A stretch of 64,000 nucleotides of DNA from Marmoricola sp. (GTDB taxonomy: Bacteria > Actinomycetota > Actinomycetes > Propionibacteriales > Nocardioidaceae), in contig JBKJIR010000005.1 of the NCBI GenBank assembly GCA_046598495.1, positions 15,530-79,529 of the forward strand. The letters are read 5' to 3'. A program made the translations under genes and the position numbers. Positions 20,458 to 30,925 of this stretch are shown here, piece by piece (the first letter of the stretch is position 1; every line of letters starts with the position of its first letter). Below the pieces are notes generated by a model. It saw only the letters and a list, made by a program, of their open reading frames with translations, did not search any database and was not told the DNA's origin.

Positions 20458-21728
20458 TCGGCTTCCACATCTTTCTCGGTCACGGCGTCGGTGGCGACGG
20501 TGGGCAGGGGAATGGACTCGACGCCGGAGACCGTCGCGGCGATCCGGCCGTCGGCGACCCGGACGGTGACGCCCGCGCCGGGGGCGAGCGCGTCGACGCT
20601 GGAGACGTGGGCTCCGTCGGCGTCAGCCAGCACGGCGTACCCGCGGCGCAGCGTCGCCAGCGGGGACAGCGCCCGGACCCGGGCGAGACCGTGGTCGAGG
20701 TCGTCGGCGGCCCGGTCCAGCACGTGGCCCAGGACACGTCGGCTCCGCTCGCGCAGCGCCAGCACCTCGTCGGTACGCCGGCCCAGGTCGCTGCGCGGGT
20801 CGGCCATGATCGGGCGGCTGCGGAGTCCGTCGAGGTGCTGCTGCTCGCGGGCCAGCAGCGTGTGCACCGTACGACGCCCGCGGTCGCGCAGTTGCCGGAC
20901 CCGCTGCGACTCCTCGGCAACGTCCGGGACGATCCGCTTGGCCGCGTCGGTCGGCGTCGAAGCGCGCAGATCGGCGACCAGGTCGAGGATGGGGGAGTCC
21001 GGTTCGTGGCCGATCGCGGAGACCACCGGGGTGGTGGCGGCGTGCACGGCGCGGATCAGCGCCTCGTCGGAGAACGGCAGCAGGTCCTCGACCGAGCCGC
21101 CGCCGCGGGCGATCACAATGACGTCGACGGCTGGGTCCTGGTCGAGGACGCCGAGGGCCTCGATCACCTGCGCGGCAGCGTTGACGCCCTGCATCGCGGC
21201 GTACCGGACCTCGAAGGCGACTCCGGGCCAGCGCCGGCGGGCGTTCTCCAGCACGTCCTTCTCGGCGGCGGAGTCGCGTGCGGTGACCAGCCCGATGCGG
21301 TGCGGCAGGAACGGGAGCGGTCGCTTGCGCTCGGGGGCGAAGAGCCCTTCGGCGGCGAGCAGCTGCCGGCGCCGCTCCAACCGGGCGAGGAGCTCGCCCT
21401 CGCCGACCAGGCGGAGCTCGCGGACCTGGAGCGAGAGCGAACCGCGGTTCGGGTAGACCGACGGCTTCGCGTGCGCGACCACCTGGGCGCCGTTGACCAG
21501 CGGCGTCGGCAGCGAGTCGATGACCGCCCGCGGGCACGTCAGCTGGACCGACACGTCCGCGAGCTTGTCGCGCAGGGTGAGGAAGTCGGTGTTCGAGTTG
21601 GCCGGCCGGTTGAGCTGGACGACCTGACCCTCGACCCAGACTGCGCCCAGGCGATCGACCCACCCGCTGATCAGGCCCACGACCTGGCGCACCGGGACGG
21701 GGCTCTCCGGTGAGGTCGACAGCGCCAT
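20454..21728 (-). CDS. xseA: Exodeoxyribonuclease VII large subunit
   Basis: [48 protein letters not shown]. Confidence 0.95.
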   Translation of the reverse strand: MALSTSPESPVPVRQVVGLISGWVDRLGAVWVEGQVVQLNRPANSNTDFLTLRDKLADVSVQLTCPRAVIDSLPTPLVNGAQVVAHAKPSVYPNRGSLSLQVRELRLVGEGELLARLERRRQLLAAEGLFAPERKRPLPFLPHRIGLVTARDSAAEKDVLENARRRWPGVAFEVRYAAMQGVNAAAQVIEALGVLDQDPAVDVIVIARGGGSVEDLLPFSDEALIRAVHAATTPVVSAIGHEPDSPILDLVADLRASTPTDAAKRIVPDVAEESQRVRQLRDRGRRTVHTLLAREQQHLDGLRSRPIMADPRSDLGRRTDEVLALRERSRRVLGHVLDRAADDLDHGLARVRALSPLATLRRGYAVLADADGAHVSSVDALAPGAGVTVRVADGRIAATVSGVESIPLPTVATDAVTEKDVEAE

Positions 21729-21786
21729 GGGGGAACCCTAGGCCACGCCGGGCGGGGTGCCAGGTTCGCTCGCCTAGGATGGGGCC

Positions 21787-22812
21787 ATGGACCTCGACCT
21801 CGCGATGCCCCGCGTCCTCTCCCCGGAGGAGGCCGAGCGCGCCGTGCTGCTCGCCGCTCCGCGCGGCTACTGCGCCGGCGTCGACCGCGCCGTGATCACC
21901 GTCGAGAAGGCGCTCGACCTGTACGGAGCCCCGGTCTACGTCCGCAAGCAGATCGTGCACAACAAGCACGTCGTCGCGAACCTCGAGTCACGCGGGGCGA
22001 TCTTCGTCGAGGAGCTCGACGAGGTCCCGACCGGCCAGACCGTGGTGTTCTCCGCGCACGGTGTCTCCCCGGCCGTCCACGCCGAGGCGGCGGAGCGCGA
22101 GCTGAAGACGATCGACGCGACCTGCCCGCTGGTCACCAAGGTCCACCACGAGGCGAAGAGGTTCGCCTCCGACGACTACGACATCCTCCTGATCGGTCAC
22201 GAGGGGCACGAGGAGGTCGAGGGCACCGCAGGCGAGGCCCCCGACCACATCCAGCTGGTGCAGGGGCCCGAGGACGTCCCGAACATCGTCGTGCGGGACC
22301 CGAAGCGCGTTGCCTGGCTGTCCCAGACGACGCTCTCGGTCGACGAGACGATGGCGACCGTGCACGCGATCCGGGAGCGCTTCCCCGATATGCTCGACCC
22401 GCCGAGCGACGACATCTGCTACGCCACCCAGAACCGCCAGCTCGCGGTCAAGGAGATCAGCGGCGAGGCCGACCTGGTGATCGTGGTGGGCTCTGCCAAC
22501 TCCTCGAACTCGGTGCGGCTCGCCGAGGTCGCCCTCGAGGCCGGCGCGAAGACGGCGTACCGGGTCGACGACGCCGGCGAGATCGACGAGGCCTGGCTCG
22601 TCGGTGTGGACAAGGTCAGCGTGACCTCGGGCGCCTCGGTGCCCGAGGAGCTGGTCGACGGTGTGCTCAGCTTCCTCTCCGAGCGCGGGTACCCGGACGC
22701 GAAGGCGGTGCACACGGCCGAGGAGTCCCTGATCTTCGCGCTGCCCCCCGAGCTCCGCAAGGACATCCGGGCCGCCGAGAACGCAGCAAAGGCTGCTGCG
22801 ACCGAGTCCTGA
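21787..22812 (+). CDS. ispH: 4-hydroxy-3-methylbut-2-enyl diphosphate reductase
   Basis: [39 protein letters not shown]. Confidence 0.97.
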   Translation: MDLDLAMPRVLSPEEAERAVLLAAPRGYCAGVDRAVITVEKALDLYGAPVYVRKQIVHNKHVVANLESRGAIFVEELDEVPTGQTVVFSAHGVSPAVHAEAAERELKTIDATCPLVTKVHHEAKRFASDDYDILLIGHEGHEEVEGTAGEAPDHIQLVQGPEDVPNIVVRDPKRVAWLSQTTLSVDETMATVHAIRERFPDMLDPPSDDICYATQNRQLAVKEISGEADLVIVVGSANSSNSVRLAEVALEAGAKTAYRVDDAGEIDEAWLVGVDKVSVTSGASVPEELVDGVLSFLSERGYPDAKAVHTAEESLIFALPPELRKDIRAAENAAKAAATES

Positions 22813-23432
22813 TGGCTCGCTACCTCGACGTCCATCCCGACGACCCCCAGCCCCGGCTGATCGGGCAGGCGGTCGCCCTGCTCCGTGAGGACGGACTGCT
22901 CGCCTATCCCACCGACTCGGGCTACGCCCTCGGGATCCAGCTCGGCAACCGCGACGGCCTCGAGCGGATCAGGACCATCCGGCAGCTCGATGACAAGCAC
23001 CACTTCACCCTGGTCTGCCGCGACTTCGCCCAGCTCGGCCAGCTGGTGCACATCGACAACGCCGCGTTCCGGGCGATCAAGGCGGCGACGCCGGGCCCCT
23101 ACACCTTCATCCTGCCGGCGACCGGGGAGGTGCCGAAGCGGTTGATGCACCCGAAGAAGAAGACGGTGGGCGTCCGGATCCCCGACCACTCCGTCGTCCG
23201 GGCGCTGCTGGAGGAGCTGGGCGAGCCGATGCTCTCCAGCACCCTGCTGCTGCCCGGCGAGACGGAGCCGATGACGGAGGGCTGGTTGGTCAAGGACGAG
23301 CTGGATCAGCTGCTGGACGCCGTGATCGACTCCGGCGAGTGCGGGTCGTTGCCGACCACGGTCGTCGACTTCACCTCGGGTGTCCCCGAGGTGACCCGGT
23401 ACGGCGCCGGCGACGCCGCGCGCTTCGAGTAG
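22812..23432 (+). CDS. Sua5/YciO/YrdC family protein (YciO-like)
   Basis: AYPTDSGYALG, HHFTLVC, TPGPYTFILPAT, TVGVRIP. Confidence 0.9.
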   Translation: MARYLDVHPDDPQPRLIGQAVALLREDGLLAYPTDSGYALGIQLGNRDGLERIRTIRQLDDKHHFTLVCRDFAQLGQLVHIDNAAFRAIKAATPGPYTFILPATGEVPKRLMHPKKKTVGVRIPDHSVVRALLEELGEPMLSSTLLLPGETEPMTEGWLVKDELDQLLDAVIDSGECGSLPTTVVDFTSGVPEVTRYGAGDAARFE

Positions 23433-23854
23433 ACGGGAACCTGCGCGAGCTCGGCCGCGCGGTGGCGCAGCACCCGGCCCCGGATCGCCAGGATCACCAG
23501 CGCCAGGGCGTAGCCGACGAGCAGCGGGCCCGAGTGGTGCGCGAGTCCCGAGATGACGGCCTGGACCAGGCTGTCATCCGCCGGGGCGATCGCTCGGCGG
23601 TCGACGACGCCCAGCACGACGAACAGGCCGAGCAGCAGCATCGGCGGCAGGACGCCGACCACGAAGAAGTCATCCGGTCGGATCGCCAGCGCGATCGCCA
23701 GGCAGAGCAGCACGAAGCCGGTGTCGAAGAGCAGACCGAGGTCGGCGGAGAGGGCCAGGTCGAGAACGACCAGGAGTACCGAGGCAGAGACCGAGAACCG
23801 CGTGACCCGACTGCCGGACCAACGGCCTTCTTCCCACAGGGTGGGTGCGCTCAC
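23306..23854 (-). CDS. DUF6542-like membrane protein
   Basis: Several TM segments, DFFVVGVLPP; usual position downstream of ispH; start moved to GTG 23854. Confidence 0.7.
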   Translation of the reverse strand: MSAPTLWEEGRWSGSRVTRFSVSASVLLVVLDLALSADLGLLFDTGFVLLCLAIALAIRPDDFFVVGVLPPMLLLGLFVVLGVVDRRAIAPADDSLVQAVISGLAHHSGPLLVGYALALVILAIRGRVLRHRAAELAQVPVYSKRAASPAPYRVTSGTPEVKSTTVVGNDPHSPESITASSS

Positions 23855-23858
23855 CCGT

Positions 23859-25046
23859 CTAACGTAGGTCGGCTCTCCGGTACGCCTCGGGAGCCACGCC
23901 GGAGGGAAGGGTGTGATCGCGCTCGCTCCGGCGGTCACCGGCGGGCAGGTCCACCAGGGTGGGCCTTTCCTCGGCGACCGCCTCCAGGAGCTCGATCGCC
24001 GTCAGCGGGCGCGGCGCTTCGTCGACCGGGCGGGGTGCGGGCAGGGGCTCGTCGAGCGCTGCCACATCGGCGAAGTGCCGCGCGGTGACCAGCACCCGGG
24101 ACTCCAGCGAACCGACGGCGCTGTTGTACGACTCGACACTGCTCTTCAGCGACCTGCCGAGCTTGTCGAGGTGCCGGCCGACGGTGGCGAGCCGGCCGTA
24201 CAGGTCGCGACCGAGCTGGTGGATCTCACGGGTGCGCTCGGCGAGGGTCTCGGTCGTCCAGCCGTGGGCGACCGTCCGGAGGAGGGCGATCAACGTGGTC
24301 GGAGTGGCCAGCACCACGTTGCGCGCGGCAGCGTACTCGAGGAGTGCGGGGTCGGCGTCGAGGGCAGCGGCCAGCACCGATTCCGCGGGCAGGAACAGGA
24401 CGACGAACTCGGGCGCATCGGAGCCGTTCTGCACCAGGGTCCGCCAGTAGGCCTTGCCGGAGAGCTGGTCGACGTGGGTCCGCAGCTGGCGTGCGTGCTG
24501 CGCCAGGTGGTGGGCCTGCTCGGCAGCGTCCTCGGGGTCGTCGATCGCGAGGGCGTCCAGGTAAGCCGCCAGCGGGACCTTCGCGTCGACCACGATGCTC
24601 TTGCCGCCGGCGAGCCGGATCACGACGTCCGGGCGGTGGGTGCCGTCCTCGGCGACCAGGTGGACCTGCTGGTCGAAGTCGCAGCGCTCGACGAGCCCCG
24701 CGATCTCGATGGTGCGGCGCAGGTGCAGCTCGCCCCACTGGCCACGGACCTGGGGCTTGCGCAGCGCGGTCGCCAGGGCGCTGGTCTCGCGCCGCAGGGT
24801 GTCGGTGGAGTGCCGGACCTCGTCGACCTGCTGGTGCAGGGTGCTCTGCCACGAGACCCGCTGGTGCTCGAGGTCGGACATCTTGGCGTGCAGCCGGGCC
24901 AGGTCGTCGCGCACCAGGGCCTGGTCGACGCCGGCGTCGAGGGGAGCGGTGCCGCCGCGCAGCCAGCGCGCCGCGGCGAGGACGCCCAGGGCGCCGCCCA
25001 ACGCGATGCCGAGGACCAGGGTCAGCAGGGGAAGCAGGATCTCCAT
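23859..25046 (-). CDS. rmuC: DNA recombination protein RmuC
   Basis: RGQWGELHL, RPDVVIRL, VDAKVP, PEFVVLFLP, ATPTTLIALLR; start moved to ATG 25046. Confidence 0.92.
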   Translation of the reverse strand: MEILLPLLTLVLGIALGGALGVLAAARWLRGGTAPLDAGVDQALVRDDLARLHAKMSDLEHQRVSWQSTLHQQVDEVRHSTDTLRRETSALATALRKPQVRGQWGELHLRRTIEIAGLVERCDFDQQVHLVAEDGTHRPDVVIRLAGGKSIVVDAKVPLAAYLDALAIDDPEDAAEQAHHLAQHARQLRTHVDQLSGKAYWRTLVQNGSDAPEFVVLFLPAESVLAAALDADPALLEYAAARNVVLATPTTLIALLRTVAHGWTTETLAERTREIHQLGRDLYGRLATVGRHLDKLGRSLKSSVESYNSAVGSLESRVLVTARHFADVAALDEPLPAPRPVDEAPRPLTAIELLEAVAEERPTLVDLPAGDRRSERDHTLPSGVAPEAYRRADLR

Positions 25047-25140
25047 GCGGTGAGCGTGGCAGGTACTGCCGACACAACGGGTTCGACGCGGTGTCCTGTT
25101 TACGTAGAATCGAGGTTCACCCCGCCCCGGAGGACCCATC

Positions 25141-26148
25141 ATGCCGAGCAGCCCCCGACTGCGTGCCGCCGTCGTGACGCTGGCGACGGTCCTCGGCGGA
25201 GCCGCGGGCGCGGTCCTCCCGCTCGCCGGCGCAGCTGCGGTCGGGGACGGGAACCCGGTCATCATCAGCCCGGCCGGAACGGTGCCCGTGTACGAGGGGT
25301 TCACCGGCCCGTACGTCGTGGACCTGGGCAACGCGCCGCTCGGGGGTTATACCTACCGGGTCGAGCTGACCCCTCCCGGGGAGGAGCCGCAGGTCGTCGC
25401 CGGACCGCGTGCCTTCACCCAGACCGAGGCCTCGGCCGAGACCAGGTCGTTGACCCTGCCGGCGCTCCCTCCCGCCGCGGCCTACACCTTCGTGGTCGAG
25501 GACGGGAGCGGCGACCGGTGGGACTCCAGCACGTTCGAGGTCCGCGACGGCGCCCAGCCGCGCTGCTCGGTGATCACTCCGGCCAACCTCCGGGTCAACG
25601 CCGCCGAGGAAGTCGTCTACGGGCGCCTTGCGTCGAACTGCTCCGGCGCCCGCGCGCAGTACGCCAGCTGGGACGTCAAGAACCTCTCCCGGGGGACCTA
25701 CGTGAACAGCCTCGTCTACGACGGCACCACCAAGGACTTCTGGAAGTACTTCGACGGCCAGCCCCTCGGCACGTACGTCGTGAAGCCGGTCGCCGCCACC
25801 AACGCGGCGGCGGACGACATCGTGCAGAACGCGCCCCGGACCGTGGTGCGCCTCGACGCACGCTTCTCCTTCTCGACCAGCAGGTCCGGTCCGTTCGTCA
25901 CCCTCACGACCTCGCTGAGGAAGTACTCGCGGAGCGCGAACGTCTTCGGTCCGTGGGGTCGGCACGCCTTCGCCCTCTCCTACCGGACCTGCGCGACGTG
26001 CGCCTGGAAGCACTTCCACACCCAGACGACCAGCCCCTCCGGCACGGCGAGCCACCGGATCAGGGCCACCTCCGTGCGGGAGTACCGGGTCACGTCCAGT
26101 GGCACGGAGAGCATCTGGGCGCCGTACCCCCACTACGAGAAGCGTTGA
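25141..26148 (+). CDS. Hypothetical secreted protein
   Basis: Signal peptide; GAGGA RBS; basic C-terminal domain with CATC. Confidence 0.75.
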   Translation: MPSSPRLRAAVVTLATVLGGAAGAVLPLAGAAAVGDGNPVIISPAGTVPVYEGFTGPYVVDLGNAPLGGYTYRVELTPPGEEPQVVAGPRAFTQTEASAETRSLTLPALPPAAAYTFVVEDGSGDRWDSSTFEVRDGAQPRCSVITPANLRVNAAEEVVYGRLASNCSGARAQYASWDVKNLSRGTYVNSLVYDGTTKDFWKYFDGQPLGTYVVKPVAATNAAADDIVQNAPRTVVRLDARFSFSTSRSGPFVTLTTSLRKYSRSANVFGPWGRHAFALSYRTCATCAWKHFHTQTTSPSGTASHRIRATSVREYRVTSSGTESIWAPYPHYEKR

Positions 26149-26696
26149 TGACCGGCCGAGCAGCACGGGCGGTGCTGGTACTGGTCCTGCTCGTGCTCGT
26201 CGCGGGGTGCGGTTACCAGAAGCCCCGCGCGGACGAAGCCGACCCGGAGGTGCTGGCGACGGCCGGACCGGCTTCCGGCCTGCTCCTCGCCTACGGGAGC
26301 GTCGTCCGCGGCGAGGAGCCGGTGGGGAACGCGAACGTCGTCCTCCAGGTGATGCCGGTGACGAGCGCGGACGAGACCGACGAGGGCGCCCAGCGCTGGT
26401 CGGCGCCGACGGTCACCACGGCTGCCGACGGCTCCTGGGAGCTGCGCCTGGACCCGACCGACATCCCCGTCGCGTACTACCCGGACTCCTACACGTTCGT
26501 GGAGTTCGACCTCGTGTTCGGCGACGGCGCCGGGGTCGCGGTCTGGCACGGGACGGTCTTCCTGCGGACCCGACCCGATCTCTGGCGCACCGAAGGGGCC
26601 GGACCGGACGACGGAGTCCTCCGGGTCGACGTCGACCTGGATTCCGGGGAGGTCACCGCCACCGACTCCGGCGGCGAGCTGATCCTCGCCGACTGA
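26148..26696 (+). CDS. Hypothetical lipoprotein
   Basis: TGATG stop/start overlap with previous gene; lipobox LVAGC; TTAADGSWEL motif. Confidence 0.75.
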   Translation: MTGRAARAVLVLVLLVLVAGCGYQKPRADEADPEVLATAGPASGLLLAYGSVVRGEEPVGNANVVLQVMPVTSADETDEGAQRWSAPTVTTAADGSWELRLDPTDIPVAYYPDSYTFVEFDLVFGDGAGVAVWHGTVFLRTRPDLWRTEGAGPDDGVLRVDVDLDSGEVTATDSGGELILAD

Positions 26697-26721
26697 CCGG
26701 GCGCTCGGATAGGTTCGCCCC

Positions 26722-27375
26722 ATGGAGCCCGAGGACCGGGTCGGGAAGGCGCCGGGGCCTGCCGGGCAGAGCGACGCCGGGCGGCTTCGCCGCGTCGTCC
26801 TCGTCGTGGCCGGGCTGAACCTGGCCTACTTCTTCGTGGAGTTCACCGTCGCCCTCGCGGCCGGTTCGGTCTCGCTCCTCGCCGACAGCGTGGACTTCCT
26901 GGAGGACACGGCGGTCAACCTGCTGGTTTTCGTCGCACTGGGGTGGCCGCTCGCCCGACGCGCGGTGCTGGGCAAAGCTATGGCACTGATCATCCTGGCC
27001 CCCGCCTCGGTCGCGGGCTGGCACGCTGTCCAGCGGTTCTCCGACCCCGTCGCGCCGGACGTGGGCCCGGTCGTCCTGGCCTCCCTGGGCGCGATCGTCG
27101 TCAACGGGACGAGCGCGTGGTTACTGGTCCGGGTGCGTCACGACGGCGGTTCGCTGACCAGCGCGGCCTTCCTGTCGGCTCGCAACGACGTGCTGGTCAA
27201 CGTCGCTGTCATTGCCATGGCCCTGGTGACGCTCGCGACAGGATCAGGGTGGCCCGACCTCGTGCTGGGCTGCGCCATCATCCTGCTCGCCCTGCACGCC
27301 GCGCACGAGGTCTGGGAGCTCAGTGAGGAGGAGCGGCTGGCTGCCCGAGCCCTCGACGGGGAGAGTCTGGACTGA
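26722..27375 (+). CDS. Cation diffusion facilitator family transporter (short, no C-terminal domain)
   Basis: LNLAYF.VE, GSVSLLADSVDFLED, SARNDVL; six TM segments. Confidence 0.88.
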   Translation: MEPEDRVGKAPGPAGQSDAGRLRRVVLVVAGLNLAYFFVEFTVALAAGSVSLLADSVDFLEDTAVNLLVFVALGWPLARRAVLGKAMALIILAPASVAGWHAVQRFSDPVAPDVGPVVLASLGAIVVNGTSAWLLVRVRHDGGSLTSAAFLSARNDVLVNVAVIAMALVTLATGSGWPDLVLGCAIILLALHAAHEVWELSEEERLAARALDGESLD

Positions 27376-27414
27376 GGCCGGCGGGCCCGCCGGCCCACCT
27401 GGCATAGTGCCAAG

Positions 27415-28470
27415 GTGACTTCTTTCGTGCGCAGTGCTGTTGCCGCGGTGAGCCGGGCGTACCGCGCGAGCGGCGCGGACCGGCCGTACGGCGACCTGCT
27501 CCCCGCGCACGGTGTGGCGATGGAGGGCTACTTCTGGCGGTTCACCGACCCTGCGACCGGGCGTGTGCTGATCGCCCTCAACGGGGTGAACCGGGCCGAC
27601 GACGGGATGTGGTCGACCCTCGGTGTGGCCGCGCACCCGCACGGCTTCCTGCGTACCGTCGCGCACCCGGTCGGGGAGGCCTCGACCCAGGGTCTCGGAG
27701 CCTTCGCGGGCGAGGCCTTCCACGGAACACCGGACCGGTTGCGGGTCGACCTCGGCCCCGATGCCCGGCTGGAGGTCGCGATCACGGACCCGGTCCCCTG
27801 GCCGCGACGGAGCTTCGGCGGGTCGAGCGTCTTCCAGTCCGTTCCCGCGCTGAACCAGTACTGGCACCCGTGGCTGCTCGGAGGGTCGGCGCACGGACAG
27901 GCCGTGGTGGGCGCGGAGACCTGGGTCCTGGACGGGTGGTCGGTCTACGCGGAGAAGAACTGGGGCAAGGGCGGGTTCCCGGACTCGTGGTGGTGGGGGC
28001 AGGCCCAGGGTTTTGCCGACCCTTCGGTCTGCGTCGCCTTCGCAGGGGGTGAGGTCACGGCCGGGCCGATCCGGACGACGGTGACTGCTGTCGTCGTGCT
28101 CCTGCCCGACGGCACCCTCCTGCGCCTGGGGGACCCCGTCGTCTCGCCGGTCCACGCCGAGGTCACTGACGAGCGCTGGGTCCTGCGGGGCCGCAGCGCG
28201 CGGTGGAGGGTCGACATCGAGGGCTCGGGGAGCCTGGACATCGCGCACGTCCTCCCGGTCCCTCTCCCCGCGGAACGGCGCAACGTGCCCGGCGCCATCG
28301 AGCACCTGGGTGCCACCCTGCGCGTCACCGTCCGTCGAGCAGGGCGGGTGGTGTGGGAGGGCGAGTCGAACCTGGCAGCCCTCGAGCACGGCGGGATCGA
28401 CCGCGCTCGGGCTGAGGTCGTACGCCGCGGTCACGGCCCGGACGCCGTCGACGCTGCCCCGATTCGTTAG
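27415..28470 (+). CDS. Tocopherol cyclase family protein
   Basis: MEGYFWRF, VYAEKNWGKGGFPDSWWWGQA, AALEHG. Confidence 0.8.
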   Translation: MTSFVRSAVAAVSRAYRASGADRPYGDLLPAHGVAMEGYFWRFTDPATGRVLIALNGVNRADDGMWSTLGVAAHPHGFLRTVAHPVGEASTQGLGAFAGEAFHGTPDRLRVDLGPDARLEVAITDPVPWPRRSFGGSSVFQSVPALNQYWHPWLLGGSAHGQAVVGAETWVLDGWSVYAEKNWGKGGFPDSWWWGQAQGFADPSVCVAFAGGEVTAGPIRTTVTAVVVLLPDGTLLRLGDPVVSPVHAEVTDERWVLRGRSARWRVDIEGSGSLDIAHVLPVPLPAERRNVPGAIEHLGATLRVTVRRAGRVVWEGESNLAALEHGGIDRARAEVVRRGHGPDAVDAAPIR

Positions 28471-28703
28471 CGATCGGCCTGGGGAATCAAGGTCCTGACT
28501 TTTCGTGGTCCCTTGGAATCGCCTCCATGCAGCGATTTTCTCGCTGGTGGGCGCTAGGGTCGGCGCAGTGAGAGCATCCCCATGGTGCTCAACGACCCTC
28601 CACGTTCCAAGAGAACCGGCACGACTTCCGGGAGTCCACTCGCCTGTTCAACTCCTCTGCCGCCTGCTCGTCGGGGCACTGAACACATCATCGGGGCTGC
28701 GCC

Positions 28704-29291
28704 ATGCCACCACCGCCTGAAGATCGATCGTCCGCGAACGTCACCTCCGACTCCCTCGCGCAGTGGTTGGCTGCGGCGGCGCAGGGGGACCAGGCTGCTT
28801 TCGGCGCCTTCTACGACGGGACGGCTCATCGCGTGTTCGGGCTCGCGCTGCGCGTCCTCCGCGACCGGGCCCAGGCCGAGGAGGTCACCCAGGAGGTGTA
28901 TCTCCAGGCCTGGCACCTCGCGGCCCAGTTCGACCCGGGCAAGGGTGCCGCGATCTCGTGGTTGATGACCCTCGCCCATCGTCGGGCCGTGGACCGCGTG
29001 CGCTCGTCCGAGTCGGACCGGGAGCGGGACACCCAGTACCAGCGCACGAACCACCAGACCGATCACGACTCCACGGCGGAGGCCGTCGGACTCTCGCTGG
29101 AGGCGACGAGGGTCAGGTCCGCTCTGACCGAGCTCTCCGTGGTGCAGCGGCAGGCGATCGAGCTCGCCTACTTCGGCGGTCGGACGAACGCCGAGATCGC
29201 CCGCATCACCGGAGCGCGCGAAGGAACCACGAAGACACGCATCCGCGACGGCCTCATCCGCCTGCGTGGCATCCTCGTCGACGCGGCCTGA
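28704..29291 (+). CDS. sigK: ECF RNA polymerase sigma factor, SigK-like
   Basis: AEEVTQEVY, WLMTLAHRRAVDRVRS, QRQAIELAYFGG, TKTRIRDGLIRLR. Confidence 0.85.
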   Translation: MPPPPEDRSSANVTSDSLAQWLAAAAQGDQAAFGAFYDGTAHRVFGLALRVLRDRAQAEEVTQEVYLQAWHLAAQFDPGKGAAISWLMTLAHRRAVDRVRSSESDRERDTQYQRTNHQTDHDSTAEAVGLSLEATRVRSALTELSVVQRQAIELAYFGGRTNAEIARITGAREGTTKTRIRDGLIRLRGILVDAA

Positions 29292-29309
29292 CGGCGAGGA
29301 CCCAGGTGC

Positions 29310-30110
29310 TCAGTCCCGCAGGTCCACCACCACCGGCGCGTGGTCGCTCGGGCTGCCGGTGCCCTGCGCGGGGTCCCGCTCGTCGGTGTCGATGAACGCG
29401 CCGGTCACCCGTGCGGCGAGGGCGGCGTTGCCGAGGACGAAGTCGATCCGGAGGCCACGGTTCCGCTCGAAACGTTGTCGGTAGTAGTCCCAGTAGGTGT
29501 AGACCCCCGGCCCCGGGGTGTGGGCCCGGGTGACCTCGGCGTACCCGGAGTCGAGGAACGCCTGGAAGGCGGCGCGCTCGGGCGGGGTCACGTGTGTCGA
29601 CGTGGCGAACTGGGCGACGTCGAACACGTCCTCGTCGGTGGGAGCGATGTTCCAGTCCCCGACGAGGGCGGTGGGCAGGTCGGTCCAGGTGGCGGCGCTC
29701 TCGCGGAGCTTCGCCAACCACGCGAGCTTGTAGACGTAGTGCGGGTCGCCGACCTTCCGGCCGTTGGGCACGTACAGGGACCAGACCCGGACGCCGGCGC
29801 CTGATCCTGCCCCGACCACAGCGCCGATGGCCCGGGCCTCGGCGGCACCGTCGAACTCCGGCATCCCGGGGAACCCGACGGTCACGTCCTCGATCCCGAT
29901 CCGGGAGATGATCGCGACGCCGTTCCACTGGTTGTACCCGGCGGAGGCGATGTCGTAGCCGCGGGCCTGCAGGCCCATCAGGGGGAGCTGGTCCTCGCGG
30001 GCCTTGGTCTCCTGCAACGCCAGGACGTCGATGTCGTGACGCTCGAGGAAAGCCTCGACGCGGTCGATGCGGGAGCGGAGGGAGTTGACGTTCCAGGTCG
30101 CGATTCGCAC
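29310..30110 (-). CDS. xth: Exodeoxyribonuclease III
   Basis: MRIATWNVNS, LQETK, YVPNG, GDWNIAP, RIDF, SDHAPV. Confidence 0.95.
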   Translation of the reverse strand: MRIATWNVNSLRSRIDRVEAFLERHDIDVLALQETKAREDQLPLMGLQARGYDIASAGYNQWNGVAIISRIGIEDVTVGFPGMPEFDGAAEARAIGAVVGAGSGAGVRVWSLYVPNGRKVGDPHYVYKLAWLAKLRESAATWTDLPTALVGDWNIAPTDEDVFDVAQFATSTHVTPPERAAFQAFLDSGYAEVTRAHTPGPGVYTYWDYYRQRFERNRGLRIDFVLGNAALAARVTGAFIDTDERDPAQGTGSPSDHAPVVVDLRD

Positions 30111-30119
30111 GGGACGACC

Positions 30120-30920
30120 CTATGCGTTGGTCGAGACCCCCAGTACCCAGTCCGCCAGGAGGTCGGCCACCGACTCCCAGCCGTCGTCGAGCATCACGTC
30201 GTGCCCGATCCCGGTGACCATCACCGGCTCGGTGCGCCAGGCCCGCGCCGTCCGGGCGACCTCGGCCGCGTTGAAGATCGGGTCATCCCCGGCTCCGACC
30301 ACCAGGACCGGCACGTCGACCGGGACCGGTCGCGGCAGGTCGAGCACGAGCATGTCCAGGAACGCGAGGTACGACTCCGACTGCACCCGTGCAGCGGTGG
30401 CGGCGACGACGCCCTCCGGTGTCCCGGGCGTGAAGAACAGTTCCCGCACCTGCGCCGGGGTCGCCACCAGCCGGCCCAGGTTCAGGGTCGCGTTGCTCAG
30501 CAGGAAGGTCGCGGGCGAACGCCGCGCCACCTGGGTCGTCACCCGGACCACCCCGCGCGGAGGCATCGAAGCGAGCAGGGCGGCCCCGGCGAGCGGCGGC
30601 CGGTCCGGGCGGGCGATCAGCTTCTGGACCACGCCCCCACCCATCGAGTGACCGACCACGACGGGCGGTACGTCGAGCCCCGCAACGACGCCGGCGACGT
30701 CCTCGACGTAGTCGCGCATCCGGAGCCGGTTGAGGCGCTGACCCCCGGCGGACCCGGAGTGACCGCGCAGGCTGAGCGAGATCGTCGAGACCCCGGCGTC
30801 GGCCAGGCGCTGGGCGAAGCCGTCCTGCCAGCACCAGGCCCCGTGCCACGCCCCGTGCACCAGGACCGCCGTGGCTCGTGGTTCCGCGGCGTCGACGCGG
30901 ATCGTCTCGAGGGCTGTCAC
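30120..30920 (-). CDS. Alpha/beta hydrolase
   Basis: [24 protein letters not shown]. Confidence 0.9.
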   Translation of the reverse strand: MTALETIRVDAAEPRATAVLVHGAWHGAWCWQDGFAQRLADAGVSTISLSLRGHSGSAGGQRLNRLRMRDYVEDVAGVVAGLDVPPVVVGHSMGGGVVQKLIARPDRPPLAGAALLASMPPRGVVRVTTQVARRSPATFLLSNATLNLGRLVATPAQVRELFFTPGTPEGVVAATAARVQSESYLAFLDMLVLDLPRPVPVDVPVLVVGAGDDPIFNAAEVARTARAWRTEPVMVTGIGHDVMLDDGWESVADLLADWVLGVSTNA

Positions 30921-30925
30921 GGAGG

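Noticed and set aside
23913-26147. 927-aa ORF 23913-26696
   Set aside because: Only the last 182 aa (lipoprotein from 26148) look real; the rest overlaps rmuC antisense and another gene out of frame
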